Shown one piece after another: positions 31,560-42,985 of a stretch of DNA of 64,000 nucleotides. Every line of letters starts with the position of its first letter. The stretch's first letter is position 1. Made by a program: the position numbers and the translations under genes. Location: the NCBI RefSeq assembly GCF_009914755.1, contig NC_060934.1; one strand, 5' to 3'. The DNA is from the human T2T-CHM13v2.0 reference genome, Homo sapiens. Under the pieces are notes generated by a model. The model was not told the DNA's origin. It worked only from the letters and a program-made list of their open reading frames with translations, and did not search any database.

Positions 31560-32199
31560 CAGAGGACAGGAAGCTGAGTCCATATCAGAATGGTTTCTTC
31601 CCTTTCTTTCCATTCTCACCACTGCTTTTCTCACCACCTCTTTAGTTTTTTCCATGGACTATTAGAAAGAGAATCATCCCTCCAACTGGCCCCTCACCCC
31701 AGTCTTGTCCACTTCCCACAAAACTGCTAGAATGAGCCTTCTAGGGGTAGGGGAGTCCATCCTCAAGATTGACTGACTTTCATAAGTTGGTTTTAGAGGG
31801 GCAGAGGAAGGCCATAGCCTTGTTCTTTACTCTTGAAAATACAACATTATAAAACCTTAACCAGAGCAGACATGTTAACAATTAACTTATTTATATTACC
31901 AAAGCATTCCTTATTTCTCCGAGTTATCATAGGTTCCTAGTAGATATCAAGGGGATTTCCTCAATGAAAACCTTGATTAGAGGAATCAACTCATATAAGC
32001 CTACAGGAGGGCTTATACATTATTTAATCCAGTCACAATACTTTGAGATCACATTTCGTACATACAGCAAGGTCCACCTGGATTTAGGAAAGTCACATAT
32101 AGTGTTTTTGGATTCCCACCTTTTCAGGACCTTGATCTACCAATTATCTGCTCCTTCTACTTTATTGATAACCTTTCCTAGTTATTTATTATTTCCCAA

Positions 32200-33498
32200 G
32201 ATTTTTGTTTGTTTTTAAATTTTATTTTATTTTAGATTCAGGGAGTACATGTGCATGTTTGTTACATGGGTATATTGCATATTGGTGGAGATTGGGCTTC
32301 TAGTGTACCCATCACCCAAGTAGTGAACATTGTACCCGATGGGTAATTTTTTAACCCTCACCCCCTCCCCTCTTTTGGAATCCCCAGTGTCTATTATTTT
32401 CATCTTCATATCCATGTGTACCTCTTGTTTAGCTTAGATTTATAAGTGAGAAAGTGTGTTTTGTGGTATTTGGTTTTCTGTTTCTAAGTTAGTTCACTAA
32501 GGATAATGGCCTCCAGCTCCACTCATGTTGCTGCAAAAGATATGACTTTATTATTTTGTATGGCTGTGTAGTATTCCATGGTGTATATATACCACATTTT
32601 CTTTATCCAGTCAAGTGTTGATGGTTGTTACTCTGAAGTTGGTTCTATGACTTTGCTATTGTGAATAGTGCTATGATGAACATATGAGTACAGGTGTCTT
32701 TTTAACATAATGATTTATTTTCCTTTGGGAGGATACCCTGTAGTGGGATTGCTGGGTTGAATGGTAGTTCTCTTTTTAGTTATTTAAGAAATCTTCATAC
32801 TGTTTTCCATAGAGGTTGAACTAATTTACATTTCCACCCACAGAGTATAAGTGTTCCCTGTTCTCTGCATCTATGCCAGCATCTGTTGTTTTTTTAATAA
32901 TAGCTATTCTGATTGGTGTAGCATGATGTCTCACTGTGGTTTTAATTTGCATTTCTCTGATGCTTATTGATGTTGATCATTTTTCATGCGTTTATTGGCA
33001 GCATGTATTTCTTCTTTTCAGAAATGTCTGTTCATGTCCTTTGCCCAGTTTTTAATGGGGTTGTTTTTTTTCTTGTTGAATTGTTTGAGTTCCTCATAGA
33101 TTCTGGATATTAGTCTTCTGTCAAAGGCATAATTTGCAAATATTTTCTCCCTTTCTGTAGGTTGTCTGTATACTTTGTTGATTATTTCTTTTGCTGTGCA
33201 GAACTTTTTAGTTTAATTAAGTCCCATTTGTCTATTTTTGTTTTTGTTCCATTTGCTTTTGGGGACTTCATCATAAATTATTTGCCTAGGCCAATATCCA
33301 GAAGAGTTTTTCCTAGGTTTTCGTCTAGAATTTTTACAGTTTCATGTCTTAAATTTCAGTCTTTAATCCATGTTGAATTAATTTTTGTATATGGTGAGAA
33401 CTAGGGGTCCAGTTTATTCTTTTGCACATGGTCAGCCAGTTTTCCCAGCACCATTCATTGAATAGGGAGTCCTTTCCCCATCCCATTTACAATAGCCA

Positions 33499-33543
<45 letters not shown>

Positions 33544-34020
33544 TTAACCAAGGAAATGAAAGATCTCTATGAGGAGAACTACAAAACACTGATGAAAGAA
33601 ATCGTAGATAACACAGACAAATGGAAAGACATCCCATGCTAAAGGATTGGAAGAATCAACATCATTAAAATGACCATGCGGCCCAAAGCAATCTACAGAT
33701 TTAACACAATCCCTATCAAATTAGCAATATCATTTTTCACAGAATTAGAAAAAACAATGCTAAAGTTTATATGGAACCAAAAGAGAACCTGAATAGCCAA
33801 AGCAATCCTATGCAAAGAACAATCCTATGCAAAGAACAATCCTATGCAAAGAACAAATTACATTGCCTGACGTTAAATTATACTACGAGGCTATAATAAC
33901 CAAAACAGCAGGTTTTGTATGGGTTACTGGTACAAAAATAGACACATAGACCAATGGAACAGAACACAGAACCCAGAAATAAAGCAACATACCTATAACC
34001 AACTGATCTTTAACACAGTC
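32200..34020 (-). mobile_element. Older L1 (L1PA/L1PB) with 5' inversion
   Basis: 3'UTR and ORF2 end on the - strand (32200-33480), joined to an ORF2 segment on the + strand (33481-34020) that contains a (CA)n at 33499-33542. Confidence 0.85.
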
Positions 34021-35199
34021 TTTCCCCGGTGTTTAAGCAAGTTTAAGTATCTGTCATCCTAAATCCTCCCCTTCAGCAGGAATCTTTCCTGCTTCTTGTG
34101 ATCTGACCCTTGCCTCCTCTACAATCTCATCTCCCACTGTTTCTTATCTAATCTGCAAACCACCTCCATTCTTGCTGAAATCTGCCTCTAGTAGACCATG
34201 TGCTCTATCTTTGTCACTTTGCGCAAGCTTCTCTTTTTGCCTGGGTTGCCTTTTCCTCCCTCTCCACACTCTCTGCCTGCCCCCTGCTACTGGTAACCCC
34301 TGGACTTCCTTTATGACTCAACACAGGCTTCAGGAGGCCTTTTCTGAGTGAGCATTTCTGGGTAAGATGTTACTTCTCTGTGGCATTTGTCACTGTCTAA
34401 TTCATTATATATTTACTTGTCTTCCTCCCTGGAGCTCACAGACTCTTTTGCTCAGCACCCCCAGAGCTTGGCACTAGGAGAGACTCAATAAATGAGAGCT
34501 GAGTGACTGAATGGATCCAGCTTAATTACATGGGATGAACTGGCTGTTGTTCACTCTGCCTTTGGGGCTTGGTCTCCACGTGTTCTCAGTGTTGGGCATA
34601 TTTCAACCAGTGGGATGCTTGTCTTGAATGTGGGTGACTGAGGCTGGAGAGGTGGAAAAAGTGGGCTTGTTCTGTGGAATTGAGCCCATTCCCCTCAAAC
34701 ACTAGAGTCTGTGTCAATGTGAAGTCCACAGATGTGCACAAGGGACAGATATCTCCCCTCTCCTTCCTGCCAGGGAAGGCTATTTCTTCCATTTCTGGCC
34801 TCTGTCCATTTCATCTACACTATTCTCTGGAGAAGTTTGGACATTCATGGGCCCTTTGTTTCCTGTGGTGAGAAGTGCTGGATGTGAAAAGCATCTGGGG
34901 TGCTCTCTGGCCGGGGCCATAAAACTCGGCCTGGACCCCAGTCTCTGAGTTCAGGGGTACCTCAGGTATTCCTCTGTCCCACATGTTCCCTGCCTGCAAC
35001 TCTGTTGTGAGCTCCACTTGGCAGGACTGGAGCACTGGTCTTGTTCAGTGCTGGGTTCCCCAGGCACAGGGTCTCACAAGTGAACGCTTGGTACTTGGTG
35101 AATGAATGAAAGTATGAAAGGTTCTTCTGTGTGTGTGTGTGTGTGCACGTGCACGTGCGAGAGAGACTCAACTTTGGCCCTGCTTTAGGCTTGTTAAAA

Positions 35200-35355
35200 A
35201 TTTTTTTAGAGTTGGGGTCTTGCTCTGTCACCCAGGCTGGAGTGCAGTGGTGCAATCACAACTTACTGCAGCCTTTAACTCCTGGACTCCAGCAATGCTC
35301 CCACCTCAGCCTCCCAAAGTGCTGGGATTACAGGCACAAGCCACTGCACCCAGCC
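35200..35355 (-). mobile_element. Monomeric Alu (FLAM-like)
   Basis: Single antisense Alu arm. A similar + strand monomer lies at about 61352-61495. Confidence 0.75.
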
Positions 35356-35594
35356 TTGCTTTAGGCTTTTAAAAGATCTCTCTGGGATAGCTCAGGGCAG
35401 CTTCTTGGGTAGACCCCACAGCCCTGCCTCCCTTGGCCTCTTGGAGCACCTGTAGAGTGCCCAGCTTGTCTCTGCATGCTGGGAACTTTCCTGGTGTTAG
35501 TGCTGGAAGACCTGCATTCTGGGAAACCCCTGCATTTGGGATATGCCGAGATGGATGGTCACTCTCAGCACATGCCGCCCGCACGTCTCCTCAG

Positions 35595-35720
35595 GTCCAC
35601 AATCTGCAGGAGCTCCGGCGAAGTGCCTCACTGGCCACCAAGGTCTTTATCCAGAGAGACTACAGCGATGGGACCATCTGTCAGTTCCAGACCAAATTCC
35701 CCCCAGAGCTGGACAGCCGG
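35595..35720 (+). CDS. GOLGA7B: GOLGA7B coding exon 2 ([42 protein letters not shown])
   Basis: Acceptor tctcctcag|, donor CGG|gtaagg, 126 nt. Contains the KVFIQRDYS motif of the GOLGA7/GCP16 (Erf4) family of DHHC palmitoyltransferase cofactors. Confidence 0.97.
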
Positions 35721-36279
35721 GTAAGGATGCCTTTTTCTGCACTTGGAACCCAGGGCTGTGATGGAACTGAGGTTCTTATTGGAATGTATTTTATCCAGGA
35801 TCCTATGACACATAATATCATAGGACACGTAACATGTTTGGCCACTTCAAAAGGATGAATTTTAAAAAATCAAAAGGATGATTCTTAATATTGTCTTACT
35901 GTCTCCTCATAGAAAATTAGAGCTGAAGGGATCTCAGGGATTTTCTGGTCTGGCTGCTCTCAAGTTTCAGTTGCCTAAAAATGATATAGAGAGCTTGTTA
36001 AACAAATGGAAATTCCTGAGTCCTACTGGATGATACAGGTGTTGTCCAGCAGTGCTGATCCAGTTGTTGGACTGTGGCTCAGGAGTCTCCATTTATTAGC
36101 AGCTGTTCTCAACCTTGGCTGTACATTAGAGGTTCCTGGGGAGCTTAAAAAATCCTGATGCTCAGACTGCAGCCCAAACCAACTACATTAGACTCTCTAG
36201 GGGTGGGACTCTGGAATCAGCATAGTTTTAAATCTTAATTTTGAAATGAATTTTAATCATGATTGTTTAAACTTTAGTA

Positions 36280-36506
36280 TTTATTTATTTATAATTTTGT
36301 GGGTACCTAGCAGGGGTACATGAGATATTTTGATACAAGCATGCCATGTGTAATAATCACATCAGGGTAAATGGGGCATCCATTACTTCGGACATTTATC
36401 TTATCTGTTACAAACAATCCAGTTATACTCTTTTAGTTATTTTAAAATGTACAATTAAATTATTATTGACTATAGTCACCCTGTTGTGCTATCAAATACT
36501 AGGTCT
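36280..36506 (-). mobile_element. L1MA 3' end fragment
   Basis: ggggtacatgagatattttgatacaagcatg...atagtcaccctgttgtgctatcaaatactagg, typical L1MA 3'UTR. Confidence 0.75.
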
Positions 36507-36796
<290 letters not shown>

Positions 36797-38424
36797 TAGG
36801 TCTTAAGCCTTAATTTTTAATGAGGAATTCCCAGGTGAATCAGAATCAAGTGGTTCATAGATTACACTTGGAATTGCTAGTCTTGTTCAGCTGGTCTTCT
36901 TCAGAAACAGCGCTGCTTCTCATCCTTGGCTACACCTTAGAGGCACCTGGGAACTTTGAAAAAGGAAGCTTGCAGGGCGTCAGCTTGGGTAGGGCAGGGC
37001 AGTGGTGATCTTTGCTGCTCTGACCTATCCTCCCCCTTCCCAGACCATTGACTCAGAATCTCCTGGTGGGGGAGACTTGGGCATCATAGGGTTTAAAGGC
37101 TGCTCAGATAATTTCAGTTTGCAGCTGGAGCTGAGAACCATTAAGTCCTTGTTACTAAAACTGTGGCCTGTGGATCAACAATATCAACAATACCTGGGAG
37201 CTTGATAGAAATGCAGAATCTCAGCTCCCTCCCTGGATCTGCTGAATCCGAATCTGGGTTTTAATCTATTCCTTGGGTTATTCAGATATGCATGAAATTT
37301 TGAGAAGCTCCACACTAGTCCATCCCTCTCATTTAACAGAGGAAACTGAGGGCCAGAAAGAAGTGACTTATGGGAGTTAGTAAGTACCAGACAGGCTTAA
37401 GTGCCCCGCCTCTCTGCTTTTTCACAGGACTCTTATTTTCTTGCTGACACAATTGCATCTTTTGTGGGTACAGATCAAACTAAATGTCTTCATGATCACA
37501 GTCTCGCAGGGAAAGCTTAGAGACTCAAAGGAAGAGCTGCAGGCTGCTTTTCCCTTCTCCTTGCCTCAGGCAAAGGGGAGAGCCAGATGCACCATCCCAC
37601 AGTCTGCTGGGTGGCATAAAAGGCAGTCAGCCAAGGGCTCTGCCTACAGCCTCTGCCTCTAGACTCAGCTAGTTGGGTGACTCATGGACCTCAGGCTGCT
37701 GTGAGGCATCAGCTGCTGAGTTTTGCTTCTGGTCCAGGGGTGTCCTCAGCTTTCATCCTAGGCTGCCCTAGAGTGGGCCTGGGACTGGGGAAGCCAGAAG
37801 GCAGATCCTGAGCTTTCACTCAGCAGCCCAGGTAGATCTGAATGGGTTTGGGAAGTGGGGGCAGGGATGGTCTGTACTGATATGACCCGGAGCCAGCTTT
37901 CGGAGAGAATGTGGGCCTCTTTCTCATCTTAGCATGCTTGTCCTTTAGGGCGGGGTGACCCCCAGGGTGGAGCAGCAGGGCTTGTGGCATGGACTAGATG
38001 GGCAGGATTTTCATAGGATTTTCTCTATGAGTTCTCCCCAGGTCTGTGTAGGGGGAACTCCTAAGCTTCCAACTATTCTTGGACAGAGGTTTTGTCCTAG
38101 AGAGGCAGGGAGGTCCCTAAACTGTGTGATGAGCATTTCTGGTCCTGCTGCATGAGTGAGGAAGAAGGTACTGTGAAGAATGTGAAAAATAGGGCTACTA
38201 TTTTGACACTGTGACACCTGCTGAGTTTGGAATGTGACCTTCCCGGCTGTCTGGTGTTACACAGTGAAGAGCACAGACTGGAGTCAGAGCTGTAACCTTG
38301 GACAAGTTTACTTAGCAGTCACTAAGTATTTATTGATTATGTATTAGTCTCTAGAGATATAGGAGTAAACTCATGGCATTTATTTTCTATTAGATGGTGT
38401 AGAAAATAAAAAACCAAGCAAATA

Positions 38425-38863
38425 CAGTTGACCCTTGCACAACACAGGGTTAGGGGTGCCTGTCCCCTGCACAGTCAAAAATCTGGATATAACCTTTGAC
38501 TTTCTAAAAACTTAACTACTAGTAGCCTACTGTTGACTGGGAGTCTTCTGTTAATACAAACAGTTTATTAACACACATTTTGCATGTTATGTATATTATA
38601 TACTGTATTCTTATAATAAAGTAAGCTAGAGAAAAGAAAATGTTAAGAAAATCATAAGGAGAAGAAAATATATTTACTACTCATTAAGTGGAAGTGGATC
38701 ATCATAAAGGTCTTCATCCTCGTCATCTTCATGTTGGGTAGGCTGAGGAAGAGGAGGAACAGGACAGGTGGATCTTGCTGTCTCAGGGGTGGCAGAGTCA
38801 GAAGAAAATTCACATATACATGGACCCACACAGTTCAGACCCATGTTGTTCCAGGGTCAACTG
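38425..38863 (-). mobile_element. Tigger2a DNA transposon (TcMar)
   Basis: Terminal inverted repeats CAGTTGACCCTTG...CAGGGTCAACTG flanked by TA on both sides, about 440 bp. Confidence 0.88.
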
Positions 38864-40066
38864 TAAATATACCTCACTCAGGAGGTAACAAATACTAGAA
38901 GAATAAGGGGAGGATGTCACGGGGGTTGGGTGTGCTGGGGAGAGGTGAATGATCCTGGGCACAGGGGGAGGCTGTTGAATAAGGTGAGACCCAAGGGTGT
39001 TAAGGGTGTCACGGCAGCCTGCAGGGGAAAGTGTGGCAGCTAAGGAGATGGACACAAAGGGCCTGAGGAAATTTCAAGAAGCAGGGGTACTGAGTGAAGA
39101 GGAGAGGAGGAGACGGGCCCAGGGGTAGCAGGGTCGGGCCATGGAGGGCCTAGCGGGCATTGTAAGGACTTCTTGGATTTAACTTGCAGAGAGATGGGAA
39201 GATTGTGGGAGCTCTTGATCACAGCTGTGACATAATCTGACTTTAACTGGAAGTTAGGGCAGGAGCAGGGGCAGGGAGGCCAGTGAAGGGGCCAGAGACG
39301 GTGGCAGCTGGAACCACAGAGCAGTTCGTGGTCCGCGTGGTCTTAGGACCACAGAGCAGTCCTCACCTGTAAAATGGGGATGGCAGTAGTACTTTTCTGA
39401 TAGAATTGTTCTGAGAGTTAAATGAAAGAGTGCATTTCCTGGCACACAGAAAGTGCTTAATACATATTAGCCATTCCTATTATGGATACGGGCAGGACAG
39501 CTTCTCAGGTGTCCAAACACACAGGGTGGTGGTGTTGTGGGTGACCTCTGAGCTAGAAGGAAATGCCCCTTCCTGGAGAGATGCCCCTGAGGTCTCACTG
39601 AAGCAGTCTCATGCAGTCCCATCCAAACATGGAGAGCCCCTATGAATCTAGTCCTGAGCTCTCTCACAACCAGCAAGATGGGACGTGTCAAAGTCACTAG
39701 AATACTCGTTTGATCTTCTGCAGAAAACATCTAGGATATCATGGGAATTTCCTGTTTCCAAGGGAGGACAAGCAGCCATTCTTATTCCCATTTTATAGAT
39801 GAGGAAACTGAAGCCTAGATGGTTAAGCTGCTAGTTCAATGTCACTCAGCCAGTTAGTTGATGGCCAAGTCTGGACTGGCCCCCCCAGTCTCCTGACTCC
39901 CAGGCCAGTGCTCTTTCGGCTCTGCCTGCAGCCTCTTTGGTCTTGCCTGTGTGCCAATGTCATCTTCCCCATCTACATGGCCCCACCATTGTCACTTCCA
40001 GCCCTACCTGTGACTGTGCACACTCCAGGGAGGCTAACCGCAGCCTGGCTCTGTCCCTTTCTCCAG

Positions 40067-40219
40067 ATCGAGCGGCAGCTCTTTGAAGAGACTGTGAAGA
40101 CCCTCAACGGATTTTACGCAGAGGCTGAGAAGATTGGGGGCAGCTCCTACCTCGAGGGCTGCCTGGCCTGCGCCACGGCCTACTTCATCTTCCTCTGCAT
40201 GGAGACCCACTATGAGAAG
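40067..40219 (+). CDS. GOLGA7B: GOLGA7B coding exon 3 ([51 protein letters not shown])
   Basis: Acceptor ccctttctccag|, donor AAG|gtggcc, 153 nt. The EGCLAC motif (C78/C81) corresponds to the palmitoylated cysteines of GCP16. Confidence 0.97.
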
Positions 40220-40304
40220 GTGGCCCCTCCCGCCCCACCGTGCATCCCTTCCCTCAGGGCTGCCCTGTGGCATGCTCATCCTTGTCTGGCTCCTCTTTTT
40301 GCAG

Positions 40305-40406
40305 GTTCTCAAGAAGATTTCCCGCTACATCCAGGAGCAGAATGAGAAGATCTTTGCACCTCGAGGCCTCCTACTTACAGACCCTGTGGAGCGTGGGATG
40401 AGGGTT
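40305..40406 (+). CDS. GOLGA7B: GOLGA7B coding exon 4 ([34 protein letters not shown])
   Basis: Acceptor ctttttgcag|, 102 nt, followed by the U12-type donor |GTATCCTT. Confidence 0.96.
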
Positions 40407-41169
40407 GTATCCTTCTGGGCTATTCTGTGTTGAGGGCACAGGACTGCTAACCAGTAGAGATCCTGGTGAGGCTGCCAGGAAACGAGGCCACCTTAGGGGC
40501 CTCCACTCAGGTTTTCCCAGGATTCCCCACATCAGTGGTCCTCAGCCCTCCTCCACCACCCTAAGTTATTGGAGGCTTTGTGAGTTTCAGGATTTGCACT
40601 TGTTGGGCTGCATGTAATCAGTGCTTAGAATATGCCAGCTATCATGTGAAGTGCTTTGAAAATACGAATTCATGTACTTCTCATAACAATCTTACCAGGT
40701 GGGTTGCTCTGATTATTCCCAGCAACCTGCTTAGAGTCGTGCAGCTGGTGAATGTGGGAGCCAGGAATTGCACCCAGGCTCACCCTTAACTACAAAGACC
40801 CCTCCAGGAATATGCAAATCACCACATTCATTTACAGGTCCACAGTCTCATGCAATCCTCATGGAATCTCCCGTGGCAGGTCGCATTGTCCTCCTTTCAC
40901 AGATGAGAGACATGAGGTCTAGAATGATGTGACTACCCCAAGGTCTCAGTCCTGGTGAGAGGCTGGACGGGGGTGGGGCGTGGTTCTGCTGACTTTATCT
41001 CCACTTGGAATAGTGTGATCTGGGTGTGCACAAATCCCTCCCCCCGGGCAGCAGCAACACGAGTAGAATTGCTAAAAAATAAGGTTTACTGGAAAACTGA
41101 GGAGAAACAGAGTCAAAAAACCACAAACACCCAGAATCACGTGTTGACAAAGCCCAGTGAGAGGCACTT

Positions 41170-41366
41170 GTTTTTATTGAGCCTTTACTATGTGCCAGGT
41201 TTTGTGCCAAGTGTCTTACATACATTTAATCTAATCTCCACACTAACCCCAAGATTCTATTCTTAATCCCCATTTTGCAGATGCGATAATGGATGGCTAA
41301 CAAGTTAAGTGACTGGTGTAAGGTCACATAGCTTTGTGAGTTCCTGAATCAGGATTTGAACTCAGG
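41170..41366 (-). mobile_element. MIR SINE in the GOLGA7B U12 intron / CRTAC1-A 3'UTR
   Basis: tttattgagc..tactatgtgccagg...cccattttgcagatg...gttaagtgact..taaggtcacatagc...ggatttgaactcagg. Many further MIR and L2 fragments occur across the window and are not listed. Confidence 0.8.
41173..41178 (-). terminator. CRTAC1: PolyA signal of CRTAC1-A
   Basis: First minus-strand AATAAA after the exon-A stop (about 500 nt 3'UTR), located at the end of a MIR. Confidence 0.75.
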
Positions 41367-41684
41367 ACACTAAAGTCCTCATACTTCCTGTGCAGTGACA
41401 CCACCTCCCTGGGCACATCTGTGTCCTAAGATATGGTCATTAGACCCACTGGAATGTAAGCGCCATCAGGGCAGCGACCCTGTCTGCTGTGATCACAGCT
41501 ATGTGCCCAGCACAGGGCCTGGCCTTACGAGTCTCCCTAATTGTTAGCTAAGTAATGTGCATGGATGGGCTTGGGGAGGGTCTAGCTCCCAGGCCTTTAC
41601 ATCCCTACTGTCTAGGCAGCAGCACAAGCCCACTTTCCCACTCCCCTGCTGGACTCCATCCGCTGGTTCATGTCCCACCCCTGC

Positions 41685-41851
41685 TCAGCAGCTGGGCTCG
41701 CAGCTCTCCTTAACCACCGACCCCAGATTGAGATCTCCATCTACGAGGACCGGTGCAGCAGTGGCAGCTCCAGCAGCGGCAGCAGCAGCGGCAGTGGCAG
41801 CAGCAGCGGTGGGGGTGGTGGGGCGGGGGCCCGGTGACTGGCCGAGAGTCC
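41685..41851 (-). CDS. CRTAC1: CRTAC1 alternative last exon A ([55 protein letters not shown]), secreted cartilage isoform
   Basis: Acceptor ctccctacag|, phase-1 compatible, 55 aa then TGA. It is the 3' part of track ORF 41685..41984 and matches the CRTAC1 C-terminus as I recall it. Confidence 0.93.
41727..41837 (+). CDS. GOLGA7B: GOLGA7B coding exon 5 ([10 protein letters not shown] + Ser/Gly-rich tail, TGA)
   Basis: Acceptor ccccag| preceded by the U12 branch site TCCTTAAC. 36 codons plus TGA. Spliced total 4+42+51+34+36 = 167 aa. Confidence 0.95.
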
Positions 41852-42642
41852 CTGTAGGGAGGTGTATGGCCGGAGTGAGGGCCTTGCAGACCTGCGGCGG
41901 CTGCGCTACCAGAGCACCCGCTTCTGAGTCATTCTTTGGGCTCACCCTGCTGCCCGGGGTGGGAGGGAGGGTGACGGGCCTCATATTTCCTGTGGGCCAT
42001 CAACCTATGCCCCCTGTCCCTCACCCCCGTCTGGATCAGTCCATTTCCTGACCTGGGGGCTTTTCCTTCCCGATGGGGCTGGTCTGGGCCACACAGAGAC
42101 AGATCTTCCTAGGAAGGCTGGGGTGGGGAGAACACAACCTAGGCGGCCCCTCTCTTCCACAGCCCCTCTCCCAACCCTGCGAGGGGGGCCGAGGCCTACC
42201 ACATAGAGGACTCCCACACTGCATGACCCCTCATCCCAAACCCATATCCACCAGGACTCTTTCCCTTGGGCCCTGCGTCCCGTGGCTGTCTCCCAGTATC
42301 TGTTCCTTCTCATGCCCCTGCAGGGCCCCGGCCTGTCTATGATCCTGCCTCCACCAAATTCAAGGTGTGGGGAGACGGGTGCCGTGGTTGGGAGCTGTTC
42401 AGCGCACTCCTGACCTCTTCTAGACCTATGGCTTTCCTGTCCTGCATTCAGAGCTAGAGGCCAGCTCGGCCTTGCGAGAAGCATCCAACTTTGAGACTTT
42501 GCAGGCTGCCAGGTGCTGGTTGGGGGGCACAGAGCCTGGGGCTCTGGGAGGTAATATGGGGGTCTGGGAAACTCCGTGAAGAGACATAGCCATGCGGGGC
42601 CTGAATCTCCTGAACTACAGCCAGTTTCCTGAGATTAGAACC

Positions 42643-42985
42643 TGTGTGTATGCACATGTGAATGTATGTGTGAGTGCACATGTGTGTAAGTGCAGTGTGC
42701 GTAAATGTGTGAGTCTGCGTGTGTTAGCATGCCTGTATGTGAGCGCGTGTGTGAGCGCATGTGTGTGCACCAGTGCACAAGTGTATGAATGTGGACACAT
42801 TTATAAGCACACCTGTGTGTGTCTGAGTACATGTGCACACACGTGTGCACAAATGTGCATTTATATGAGTGTGAGTGCATGCATGTGCATGAACATGTGT
42901 GCACAAGCATGTGTGTATGAGTGTTCATGTGTATGAGTGTGTGTGTATGCAGGTGAGTGCATGTGTGTGTGAGTGTGTTTGTGTG
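42643..42985. repeat. Degenerate (TG/CA)-rich alternating purine-pyrimidine tract in the GOLGA7B 3'UTR
   Basis: About 340 bp of tgtgtgtatgcacatgtg-type sequence. Confidence 0.9.

Larger units (their letters stand above)
40407..41726 (+). other. GOLGA7B: U12-type (minor spliceosome) GT-AG intron, GOLGA7B intron 4
   Basis: 5'ss GTATCCTT (40407-40414). Branch site TCCTTAAC (41707-41714) lies 12 nt from the exon, with no polypyrimidine tract. Confidence 0.93.

Noticed and set aside
40404-40409. Alternative U2 donor AGG|gttgta for GOLGA7B exon 4
   Set aside because: Poor U1 match, whereas GTATCCTT 3 nt downstream is a perfect U11 site paired with a U12 branch point.
41852-41984. N-terminal part of ORF 41685..41984 as a standalone 99-aa gene
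   Set aside because: It is the open-frame extension upstream of the CRTAC1-A acceptor. Only 41851-41685 is exonic.
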